NCBI GenBank assembly: GCA_964580825.1
Contig: CAZOLB010000002.1
Coordinates: 2,145 to 44,602 of the forward strand
Length of the DNA stretch: 42,458 bases
From: an uncultured Gammaproteobacteria bacterium
GTDB lineage: Bacteria > Patescibacteriota > Patescibacteriia > UBA2591 > UBA6264
Direction of reading: 5' to 3'
The translations under genes and the position numbers were made by a program. The notes below the pieces were generated by a model. It was not told where the DNA came from. It worked only from the letters and a program-made list of their open reading frames with translations, and did no database searches. This document shows, piece by piece, positions 33,309-41,608 of the stretch. Position 1 is the stretch's first letter, and each line of letters starts with the position of its first letter.

Positions 33309-36271
33309 TTTTGGCGGTATTGGCAAATATCCCTAAAATCGCAAAACTGGCAAAGGCGGCTTGGGGTCGGCAGAAAATCGCTCTTTTTTATTTTCTCAAT
33401 AGTCGAAACGATTTCCTCTTCCGTTTCCCGTAAATCCTTTTCTTTGCCTAAAAAAGAAATTTTCTCTCCTGTTTCTAAATAATAAAAAGTCAAACGGCAA
33501 ACCGGCTTGTCAAATACCTCAGTCAATTTCTCCGCTGCCAACTGATAAATATAAAGTTGTCTTTTCTTCTCCAAATCGAGATTTTTACTCCCTTCTTCGC
33601 CGGTCTTATAATCAATAAGTTCATAGCCGTCTTCATTTTCATCGACTCGATCAATATAGCCCTTGATAATATTCCCGGCCAATTTAAAATTAAATTCTTT
33701 CTCCAAATATTTTATTTTCGGCCTGTTTTTTTCTAAATCGTCATAAAACGCTTTTAACGCCAATCTTCCTTTCTCTTTGTATTTTTTTTGGTGTTCCTTG
33801 TCTTTGTACCACTCGTCAATCCATGACTGCTCGTAAATCTTTACTAAATCATCAAAGTCAAGCCCCTCTTTTTTCTCATCCCTCTTGCCAAAAAGGTTTT
33901 TTTGGCCGATTCTTTCCCTCTCTCGCCAAAATTGACAAAACTGATAAAGCGCCTGATGCAAACTTTTACCAAAACTGAGTGCATATCTTCCGCGCCGAGG
34001 AATATTCAGAACAAAGGCGAATTTGTACTGCAAGGGACAGGCATTAAAAGCGGCCAACTGGGAAAAACTGAATCTTATGGGTAGAATCGAAGAAGATCTG
34101 CTCTTTTCTTTTTTTAACGTCTCGTTTTTATTGAAAATTGCCGCTGGCCGGCTTTCTTTTTTACTCTCTTTATCCGCCAATCCCAGTTCATACAAAAAGC
34201 GAGAAGGTTTTTTTGCCGTTTTTCCCCCGCAATCTTCAGCCGAAGTCAAATATAATTCTTTTTTAGCCCGAGTCAAAGCGACATAAAATAATCTCCTTTC
34301 CTCTTGCAAATGGACATCACCGACGGGAATAATTTCTTTAAGCAATCCCTTGGGCAATTCTATGGTTTCCCGGCGTTCAATGCTCGGAAATCTTTTGTCT
34401 ACCAGATTGACGATAAAAACATACTTAAATTCCAAACCCTTAACTCCATGAATAGTACTCACTTTTACCGATTCCGGACCGCCTTCCATCTCCGCCTCCA
34501 AACTTCCGGTGTCGCCGCTAGCAATCATCAAATCAATCATTCTGGTAAAATTGCCGATTGATTTGTCGAAGTTAACCGTTTCGAAATTCTCCACTTTTTT
34601 AAAAAATTGATTGAGCCAAAAAATGTTTTCTCTGGTTTTTAGGGCGTCTTTTTCTTCTTCTTGAGATAATATTTTCAAATAGTTCGAATCCTCTAAAAAA
34701 GAGAATATCACTTTGCCGACGCTTTCGGTTCTAGCCAACTCCGCGTGTTTTTGAATCAAAGACAAAAGAACGTTTAAATACTCGGTTGTTTTGGAGGAAA
34801 TCTTAGGAACGAGATTTGATTTCTGCATCGCCTCGTAAAGCGACCATGATTTTTTATAAGCGAAATTTGTTAAATTAACCAAATCGTCGCCGCTGACCTT
34901 GCCGTAGAAAATCGGCGAATTTAAAATCCGATAAACCGCCGGACTCTCATGATAATTATCGAGCAACCGCAAATAAGAAAGAATATCCAGAACAATCGGC
35001 TTGGAAAACAGCCCTGAACGCCCTAAAAATTGATGGGGAATGCCGATCGAATCCAAAGCCTGGGCGAAAATTTCCGCTTGATTATTGGCTCGGGCCAAAA
35101 CGGCAAAATCATTCCAACTCGCCCCTGCGTCTTTCTTTTTTAGTTTAACGATTTCTCGCGCCACCGCTCCCGCTTCGTCCTCCTGGCTCCGAAAACGGAA
35201 ATAAGCAATTTTCCCCTTTTCTTTGTCTTTAGCCTTAAGTTTTTTAACCACTTCTTTTTCTTTGGCTTCCAATCTTTCCGGATTGTTCAATTGGATAAAA
35301 TTGTAAGCCAAATCAAGGATATTTTGGCAGGAACGATAATTCTCGGTTAAAACCGCCCGTTCCGACCGGGGATAATCGTTTTTGAATTGGAGGACATTAT
35401 TATAAGAAGCGCCTCGCCAACGATAAATCGCCTGATCATCGTCGGAAACGACTGAAAGATTATTTTTTGGCGCGGCTAATAACTGCAATAATTTATACTG
35501 AGCCCAATTAGTGTCCTGGAACTCGTCAACTAAAATATACTTAAACTGCCGGCGGTATTTCTCCAAAATCTGCGGCCGGCAAGTAAAAAGTTTCAAAGAA
35601 TAATTTATTAAATCTCCGAAATCCAAAGCGTTATTTTCCAAAAGCAATTGCTGATAAAGATGATAAGCTTCGGCCACCTCTTTTAAGCGGCTGGTTTCTT
35701 GATCCAGTTGTTCGCCGGACATCATCGTATCTTTGTCCATTTTTAAGTTCTCGATGTATGCCAAATACTCCTCCGGACTAATCGATTCGTCTTTGGCTCG
35801 GGAAAAATGCTTAACCAAACTCTGGATGAATTTTGTCGGATTGCCCAAGGGCCGATAATAATCCAAACTGAATCGATTAAAATTTTCTTGGACTAAAAAA
35901 CACTGCTGGGATTCGTTTAAAAGTTTAAAATTCAAAGGCAAGCCGATGTCCAGAGCATATTCCTGCAAAATCCTTTCGCAAAAAGAATGAAAAGTAGAAA
36001 TCCAAAGATCGACATAACCATAGGGCAGCAAACGATCGACTCTTTCCTCCATTTCTTGGGCCGCCTTTTCCGTAAAAGTTAAAGCTAAAATCTCGTCGGT
36101 TTTTGCCAAACCGTTTAAAACCAGCCAGGCAATTCTTCTGGTAATCACCGCAGTTTTACCCGTACCAGCGCCGGCAATAATCAATAACGGCCCGTCGCCG
36201 TAAATCACCGCCCGCTTTTGTTCTGAATTTAATCCTTTTAAAATTTTATCCGCCAATTCTTTTTCCGACAT
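33305..36271 (-). CDS. UvrD/PcrA-type SF1A helicase with C-terminal PD-(D/E)XK nuclease domain
   Basis: AGAGTGKT, TFTEKAA, DEFQD, NYRS, TIHGVKGLEF, EERRLFYVALTRA. Nuclease GYIDRVD/IDYKTG/QLYIY with Cys in CP and CQFCDFRDIC. Confidence 0.9.
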   Translation of the reverse strand: MSEKELADKILKGLNSEQKRAVIYGDGPLLIIAGAGTGKTAVITRRIAWLVLNGLAKTDEILALTFTEKAAQEMEERVDRLLPYGYVDLWISTFHSFCERILQEYALDIGLPLNFKLLNESQQCFLVQENFNRFSLDYYRPLGNPTKFIQSLVKHFSRAKDESISPEEYLAYIENLKMDKDTMMSGEQLDQETSRLKEVAEAYHLYQQLLLENNALDFGDLINYSLKLFTCRPQILEKYRRQFKYILVDEFQDTNWAQYKLLQLLAAPKNNLSVVSDDDQAIYRWRGASYNNVLQFKNDYPRSERAVLTENYRSCQNILDLAYNFIQLNNPERLEAKEKEVVKKLKAKDKEKGKIAYFRFRSQEDEAGAVAREIVKLKKKDAGASWNDFAVLARANNQAEIFAQALDSIGIPHQFLGRSGLFSKPIVLDILSYLRLLDNYHESPAVYRILNSPIFYGKVSGDDLVNLTNFAYKKSWSLYEAMQKSNLVPKISSKTTEYLNVLLSLIQKHAELARTESVGKVIFSFLEDSNYLKILSQEEEKDALKTRENIFWLNQFFKKVENFETVNFDKSIGNFTRMIDLMIASGDTGSLEAEMEGGPESVKVSTIHGVKGLEFKYVFIVNLVDKRFPSIERRETIELPKGLLKEIIPVGDVHLQEERRLFYVALTRAKKELYLTSAEDCGGKTAKKPSRFLYELGLADKESKKESRPAAIFNKNETLKKEKSRSSSILPIRFSFSQLAAFNACPLQYKFAFVLNIPRRGRYALSFGKSLHQALYQFCQFWRERERIGQKNLFGKRDEKKEGLDFDDLVKIYEQSWIDEWYKDKEHQKKYKEKGRLALKAFYDDLEKNRPKIKYLEKEFNFKLAGNIIKGYIDRVDENEDGYELIDYKTGEEGSKNLDLEKKRQLYIYQLAAEKLTEVFDKPVCRLTFYYLETGEKISFLGKEKDLRETEEEIVSTIEKIKKSDFLPTPSRLCQFCDFRDICQYRQK

Positions 36272-36281
36272 AACAACATTC

Positions 36282-37085
36282 TTATAATTTTATATTGAAT
36301 AACGCCTGCGCGTTTTTGGTCGTTTGTTCCACGACTTTCTCAAAAGAAATTTTTTTAATTTCGGCTATTTTTTGCGCGATAAAACGGACGCAAATCGGTT
36401 CGTTTCTCTGTCCCCGGCGCGGTTCCGGCGCCAAATAAGGTGAATCGGTTTCCAATAAAATCCTGTCCAAAGGCGTCTTTTCCACCGCCGTCAGAACCTC
36501 GAAGTCGACGTTTTTAAAAGTAATCGGGCCGTCGAAGCCGACATAAAAACCGAGGTCTAAAAATTCCCTGGCAGTTTCCCAATCAGCGGAGAAACAATGA
36601 ATCACCCCATTAGAGACAAAGTCTCTATCGGAGCAAACCCCTTTAATTATTTCTAATAATTCTAAATAAGCGTCTTTTGGGTTTTCTTTGTCGCCCCGGC
36701 AATGAAGAATTATCGGCAGGTCAAATTTTCGAGCCAAATCCGCATGTTTTAAAAAAATTCGCTTTTGTTTTTCAACGTCCTTTTTCGAATGATAAAAATC
36801 AAGGCCGGTCTCGCCGACGGCTTTAATCCTGGTTTTGTTCTTTTTAATCAAGTTTTCGTATTTTTCCTCTTCGAAGTCCTCGTCGTTAACGTGGATCGGA
36901 TGCAAACCAATGGCGGCGTAACAACCACTGAAGTCCGCCGCGATAGCCATCGCTTTTTGGCTGGTTAAAAAATTCGAGCCGACGTTAATCACGGCTCTTA
37001 ATCCATTTTTAAAATTATCGCTAATCACCGCTTGATAGTCGTCTTTAAAAGACTGAAAATTCAAATGAGCGTGGGTGTCAATCAT
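36282..37085 (-). CDS. tatD: TatD family nuclease
   Basis: DTHAHL, GLHP, GETGLDF, ILHCR, IHCFS, LETDSPYLAP. Confidence 0.93.
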   Translation of the reverse strand: MIDTHAHLNFQSFKDDYQAVISDNFKNGLRAVINVGSNFLTSQKAMAIAADFSGCYAAIGLHPIHVNDEDFEEEKYENLIKKNKTRIKAVGETGLDFYHSKKDVEKQKRIFLKHADLARKFDLPIILHCRGDKENPKDAYLELLEIIKGVCSDRDFVSNGVIHCFSADWETAREFLDLGFYVGFDGPITFKNVDFEVLTAVEKTPLDRILLETDSPYLAPEPRRGQRNEPICVRFIAQKIAEIKKISFEKVVEQTTKNAQALFNIKL

Positions 37086-37153
37086 AAATAAAAAATAAAA
37101 TATAAAAAATAAAAAATTAAGGAACTAAAAAAACGAAAAAATAAGAAATCAAT

Positions 37154-37624
37154 TTATTTCCGACTCTTGTCAAAGCCGATTCCTAAATTTTTCGGGCCGA
37201 AAACCAAGGGTAAAAGTTCGGAAATTTTGGCAACAACGATTTTGCTTTTGTCAAAATTCGACATTACCACCTCTAAATCATTTCCCGAGATCTCGGAAAA
37301 CTCGAATAATGTCTGACGGCAAGCGCCACAAGGACCGAATACTCTTTTATTTGCCCCACCCCGGACAATCACGGCTACGGCTCTAAAGCGCCGCTGCCCC
37401 AAAACATTGGCCCGGGCAAGCGCCGCCTGCTCAGCGCAAACTGTCAAACGATAAGACGCGTTTTCCATATTTGAACCGGTAATAATTCGACCGCTTCGAG
37501 TTAAAAGCGCGGCGCCGACGGCAAAATGGGAATAAGGACAATAAGAAGTTTTTACCGCTTTTTCCGCCGCTTTTAACAATTTCTGATATTGTTTGCTCAA
37601 TTTTTTAAATTCAACTGTTTTCAT
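37154..37624 (-). CDS. cdd: Cytidine deaminase (homotetrameric type)
   Basis: PYSHFAVGAA, NMENASY, CAE, PCGACRQ. Confidence 0.93.
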   Translation of the reverse strand: MKTVEFKKLSKQYQKLLKAAEKAVKTSYCPYSHFAVGAALLTRSGRIITGSNMENASYRLTVCAEQAALARANVLGQRRFRAVAVIVRGGANKRVFGPCGACRQTLFEFSEISGNDLEVVMSNFDKSKIVVAKISELLPLVFGPKNLGIGFDKSRK

Positions 37625-37756
37625 ATTCACATTCTATCATATTTAAAATAAATAAAAAGGGGACTAAATTTCGTCATCCCTAAATTAACCTCCAATCTTA
37701 ATAGACTTTTTAAAGGGCGTAAAAAATATTTTAAAACGCCTTTGAACGCATTTTCT

Positions 37757-37987
37757 CTAATAACCCAGATATTTTTGGGCTAAGGCCAAAGAAATTGCGC
37801 CCCAGAGCAAGGAAAAAACCATCATCAAACGGCCGTCTTTTTTAAGCTCTGGCTGCCGCCACAAAACAAAACTATAAATCAACCCCGCGGGCAAAGGATT
37901 AAAAATCGTGATTAGCAGCCCAACATTAATCAATTTATACTTTGAAATTAAAATTCCATCCTGATTTTTATCCGTTTTTTGCAGCAT
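37757..37987 (-). CDS. Small hypothetical membrane protein
   Basis: 76 aa, 2-3 hydrophobic segments, co-oriented with neighbours, ATG start. Confidence 0.6.
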   Translation of the reverse strand: MLQKTDKNQDGILISKYKLINVGLLITIFNPLPAGLIYSFVLWRQPELKKDGRLMMVFSLLWGAISLALAQKYLGY

Positions 37988-38161
37988 AAAATTTAAATTC
38001 GGTCTAAAATAAAAACCGAAATTTTATTCTCAAGTAAATATTTTTGAATCAGCGGAATCAAATGTCCGACCGCTAAAATTAAAACAAATGAGAAACGTCG
38101 TTTCCGTTTCTTTTTTTCTTTTTTATTCGGCTTAATTCTTTAAAATCGAAAGAATCGACTC

Positions 38162-38419
38162 CTATTCAGCCGCCAAATACACTTTATCGCCCTCTTTGAC
38201 GACGCCGTCCAATTTTAAACCGATCGCTTCTCCCTTTTTCGCCTTTTTAATACTTTCGTGTTCAACCTGCATTGATTCAACTGTCTGTTCAAAGTCCCGA
38301 TCGCCGCCGATAATATGTATTTTATCTCCGACTTTCAAACCGGCGATCAATTCAATCACGCCAACGCCGATTTTCCCAAAATAATGGGTAATTTTGCCAA
38401 TTTGTTTTTCTTTAGCCAT
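38162..38419 (-). CDS. Small translation-factor-like beta-barrel protein (EF-Tu domain II / U32 C-terminal-like)
   Basis: IGKITHYFGKIGVGVI.L...LKVGD.I...FEQ.VESMQ..H..I..AKKG..IGLK. Confidence 0.8.
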   Translation of the reverse strand: MAKEKQIGKITHYFGKIGVGVIELIAGLKVGDKIHIIGGDRDFEQTVESMQVEHESIKKAKKGEAIGLKLDGVVKEGDKVYLAAE

Positions 38420-38577
38420 ATATTTCCTCGCTTTGCTCAATCAAATATAAGATGACGGAGCAAAACTAAAAAATTATCAATCAACAATATTATAATTAAA
38501 CCCCTTTAAAAAATCAAGAGAATTTTAGATTTTTTGAAAATTGAAAATTAAAAATTAAAAATTTAAATGAAGTGTTC

Positions 38578-40026
38578 TTATTCTCCTTTAATTACCGCTA
38601 AAGGAACTAATCTCGCCACCTTTTTAGCCAAACCGGCGCGCTCAACTGTTTCCACTATCTGATCCACATCTTTATAAGCCGCCGGCGCTTCTTCGGCAAT
38701 ACCGCGCATTGAACGGCACTTGACCAAAATTCCTTTTTCTTTCAAATGTTTGACCACTTCTTCTCCTCTTATCGCTCCGATGGCCGCATGTCTCGACATT
38801 TTTCTTCCGGCTCCGTGATTAACCGAATAAAAACTCTCTTTTCCCTTTTCCGCGCCGACCAGAACATAAGAAGCCGTGCCCATGCTGCCGGGAATTAAAA
38901 CCGGTTGCCCGACCCGGCGATAAGCCTCGGGCAATTCGAAATGGCCTGGAGGAAAGGCCCTAGTCGCCCCCTTTCGATGAACCGCGATCTCCACTTCCTT
39001 ACCCTCAAAATCATATTTCTCTTTTTTTATGATATTATGAGCGACATCGTAAACGACCTCAAGATCCGAAATCCGATCAGTTAAAACTTCTTTCCAGGCC
39101 TTTCTGATTAAATGAGCGATCATTTGACGGTTGGCCCAGGCATAATTGGCCGCTGCCGCCGAAGCGGCTAAGCCGCGCTGCCCTTCCGGAGAGTTAAAAG
39201 GAACGCAGGCGAATTCTCGATCAGGAACCTTAATCTTATATTTATTTTGCATCAAAGGAATAAACTCTCTTAAATTATCTGTGCAAACCTGGTGTCCAAG
39301 CCCGCGCGAACCCGTATGAATCATGATTACGATTTGTCCTTCAAATAAGCCGAAAGATTTAGCGGTTTCCGCGTCAAAAACCCGCTCAACTTTTTGAATT
39401 TCCAAAAAATGATTTCCGCTTCCCAATGTCCCGACTTGGTCCCGCCCCCGGCTCTTAGCTTGCTTTGAGACGACCGAGGCGTCAGCCCAAGCCAATCGGC
39501 CGCCGGCTTCGCAATTATCCAAATCGCTTTTTGTTCCATATCCTTGCTCAACCAATTTCTGCGCTCCCCTTTCCAAAATTTCATCCACGCTGGCGACATC
39601 CAATTTAATTGACTGGCCCTGCCCTAAACCCGAAGGAACTTTTTCATAAATCTTATCGGCCAAATTTTCCAAATAAGGACCAATTTCCTCGGCGGAAAGA
39701 GACGATCTAAGCAATTTCATGCCGCAATTGACATCATAACCCTGCATGCCGGGAGAAATAATTCCTTCTGAAATTTTAATCGCCGCAACCCCGCCAATCG
39801 GACTAGCATACCCCTCGTGGCAATCGGGCATAGCCAAAGCGTATTTCTGAATCCCCGGCAAAACAGCCACATTGACTAATTGTTCAAGCGATTTATCCCG
39901 AGAAATCTGGTCTAACATTTTTTCGTCGGCGTAAATTCTGGCCGGCACCTGCATATCAGAACGAAAAGATTTAGGAATCTCCCATAAATAATCATTAATT
40001 TTTTTGAAATTTTGTCTAGTTAACAT
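38578..40026 (-). CDS. rtcB: RNA 2',3'-cyclic phosphate/3'-phosphate-5'-OH ligase RtcB
   Basis: PDCHEGY, GYDVNCG, GSGNHFLE, HTGSRG, HNI, HRKGAT, PGSMG, HGAGR, EEAPAAYK. Confidence 0.96.
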   Translation of the reverse strand: MLTRQNFKKINDYLWEIPKSFRSDMQVPARIYADEKMLDQISRDKSLEQLVNVAVLPGIQKYALAMPDCHEGYASPIGGVAAIKISEGIISPGMQGYDVNCGMKLLRSSLSAEEIGPYLENLADKIYEKVPSGLGQGQSIKLDVASVDEILERGAQKLVEQGYGTKSDLDNCEAGGRLAWADASVVSKQAKSRGRDQVGTLGSGNHFLEIQKVERVFDAETAKSFGLFEGQIVIMIHTGSRGLGHQVCTDNLREFIPLMQNKYKIKVPDREFACVPFNSPEGQRGLAASAAAANYAWANRQMIAHLIRKAWKEVLTDRISDLEVVYDVAHNIIKKEKYDFEGKEVEIAVHRKGATRAFPPGHFELPEAYRRVGQPVLIPGSMGTASYVLVGAEKGKESFYSVNHGAGRKMSRHAAIGAIRGEEVVKHLKEKGILVKCRSMRGIAEEAPAAYKDVDQIVETVERAGLAKKVARLVPLAVIKGE

Positions 40027-40052
40027 AAAGATTCTTTACTTTCGCAGAGTCT

Positions 40053-40511
40053 TTATATATCAAAAAGCACCGTCGCCTCCCAATAATCGTCGCGTTTTTT
40101 AATTTCAAGTTCGTGCCAGGTGGCCGCCTTGATTTCCGCTTGCTGCCGCGCAATTTTCCGGCCGATAATTTTACCTTTTAATTCCCGCGGCGTTAAAATT
40201 TCAAAATCAATAGCGGAATAAACTTCATCATTGACGTCGCTCAAATACAGGATTTGAGATAAAAAATCAATCAACAATGATTCCAAATTTTCCGCTTTAA
40301 GCCGAATTTCTCTGACCGTCGGCTTTTGATCCTCAAATTCGGGACGGCAAAATTCAAATATTCCTTTTAAAAAATTGGAAAACGCCTCTTTTAAATCCCG
40401 CCCTCGCGTCCTAATCTTCAAATCCGCCGCATGTTCCAGTATTTCATACTCCTTTACTTCAGGGCACTGCTTCGCCGTTTTATCGTTTTGCGTCCCGCCA
40501 GAAATTTTCAT
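40053..40511 (-). CDS. Archease
   Basis: YEILEHAADL, LLIDFLSQ, EIKAATWH, C-terminal LFDI; immediately upstream of rtcB. Start uncertain. Confidence 0.9.
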   Translation of the reverse strand: MKISGGTQNDKTAKQCPEVKEYEILEHAADLKIRTRGRDLKEAFSNFLKGIFEFCRPEFEDQKPTVREIRLKAENLESLLIDFLSQILYLSDVNDEVYSAIDFEILTPRELKGKIIGRKIARQQAEIKAATWHELEIKKRDDYWEATVLFDI

Positions 40512-40607
40512 AATTGGCTTTTGTAATATTAGATTTAAACACCCCGGCAAAAAAATTTTCTAACGGGGTTAATTTTGCCCGCCGGCTGGCGGATTGCCTT
40601 TTTAATT

Positions 40608-41291
40608 TTAGATAACGTACCGGCCGTCGTTGATTTGATCTCCGATTATAACGCCCCGATCAAGCGTAATCACCCGTTTCCTTAAAAAATTGACTATTTC
40701 CCGATTATGAGTGACTAAAAGCACAGTTGTGCCGAATTCATTGATTTTCGCCAACAACTCGACAATATCGCGGGTGGTAATCGGGTCGAGATTGCCGGTT
40801 GGCTCGTCCGCGATCAATATCTTAGGCCGATGAACCAACGACCTGGCAATAACCGCCCTTTGCGCTTCCCCGATTGAAAGCTGCCGGGGAAAATAATTAG
40901 TTTTCTTTTCCAATCCCACTATTTTTAAAACTTGGCGGACAATCGGACTTATTCGCCGACGAGGCGTACCCACCACTTCCAAAGCAAAGGCGATATTTTC
41001 GCCAATGGTCTTTTTTTCCAACAATTTAAGATCTTGAAAAACGACGCCAACCTGGCGGCGAAGCGCCGGAATTTCGCCGGGTCTGATATTGGTGATGTCC
41101 CACCCGCCAACGACTATTTTACCCCGACTCACCCGCTCCTCGGCAATTAACAATTTAATAATCGTGCTTTTGCCAGCGCCCGACTGGCCAACAATAGAAA
41201 CGAATTCTCCGGGCTGAATATGAAAAATAGCGTTACGCAAAGCGTAGATATCGGGTCGATAAAACTTAGTGACATTGACGAACTTAATCAT
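40608..41291 (-). CDS. ftsE: Cell division ABC ATPase FtsE
   Basis: MIKFVNVTKFY, GQSGAGKST, LRRQVGVVFQD, ADEPTGNLDP, GTTVLLVTH. ATG at 41291. Confidence 0.85.
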   Translation of the reverse strand: MIKFVNVTKFYRPDIYALRNAIFHIQPGEFVSIVGQSGAGKSTIIKLLIAEERVSRGKIVVGGWDITNIRPGEIPALRRQVGVVFQDLKLLEKKTIGENIAFALEVVGTPRRRISPIVRQVLKIVGLEKKTNYFPRQLSIGEAQRAVIARSLVHRPKILIADEPTGNLDPITTRDIVELLAKINEFGTTVLLVTHNREIVNFLRKRVITLDRGVIIGDQINDGRYVI

Positions 41292-41365
41292 ACTTAATTG
41301 ATATAAATAATGCGAATGCCGCAGAATAATTAAGGAATCAAAACGAGGATTTTCGCCAAAAATAC

Positions 41366-41475
41366 CCTGACCGCCATCACCAAAGCCCACGGCTGGAGTC
41401 GAACCAGTAACCTATCGCTTACGAAGCGATTGCTCTACCAATTGAGCTACGTGGGCTTAGGTCATGGCGGACAGG
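41366..41475. repeat. 19-nt imperfect inverted repeat enclosing tRNA-Thr
   Basis: 41366-41384 CCTGACCGCCATCACCAAA versus the reverse complement of 41457-41475, CCTGTCCGCCATGACCTAA (16/19). Confidence 0.8.
41384..41456 (-). tRNA. tRNA-Thr(CGT)
   Basis: GCCCACG/CGTGGGC-T. Anticodon arm ATCGC-TTCGTAA-GCGAT. T loop TTCGACT. No encoded CCA. Confidence 0.93.
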
Positions 41476-41497
41476 TCTACCACTGAACTATGTCTGC
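41476..41497 (-). pseudogene. Orphan tRNA 5' fragment (acceptor 5' strand plus most of the D arm)
   Basis: GCAGACA-TA-GTTC-AGTGGTA-GA has tRNA positions 1-22 geometry, then breaks at the inverted repeat. Confidence 0.6.
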
Positions 41498-41533
41498 ATA
41501 AACTGTAAAAAAGTTTCCCTGCCGTTTTTTCCC

Positions 41534-41608
41534 TGGAGCGAGTGAGCGGAGTCGAACCGCCGTCTTCTCCTTGGGAAGGAGATATAATAACCGTTATATT
41601 ACACTCGC
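41534..41608 (-). tRNA. tRNA-Gly(CCC)
   Basis: GCGAGTG/CACTCGC-T-CCA. Anticodon arm TCTCC-TTCCCAA-GGAGA. T arm GGCGG-TTCGACT-CCGCT. Confidence 0.93.

Noticed and set aside
33104-33433. 109-aa plus-strand ORF overlapping ORF32979 and the helicase end
   Set aside because: It crosses the bidirectional terminator and overlaps two better-supported genes.
41292-41390. N-terminal extension of FtsE from the ORF track
   Set aside because: It starts inside tRNA-Thr; the canonical MIKF start is at 41291.
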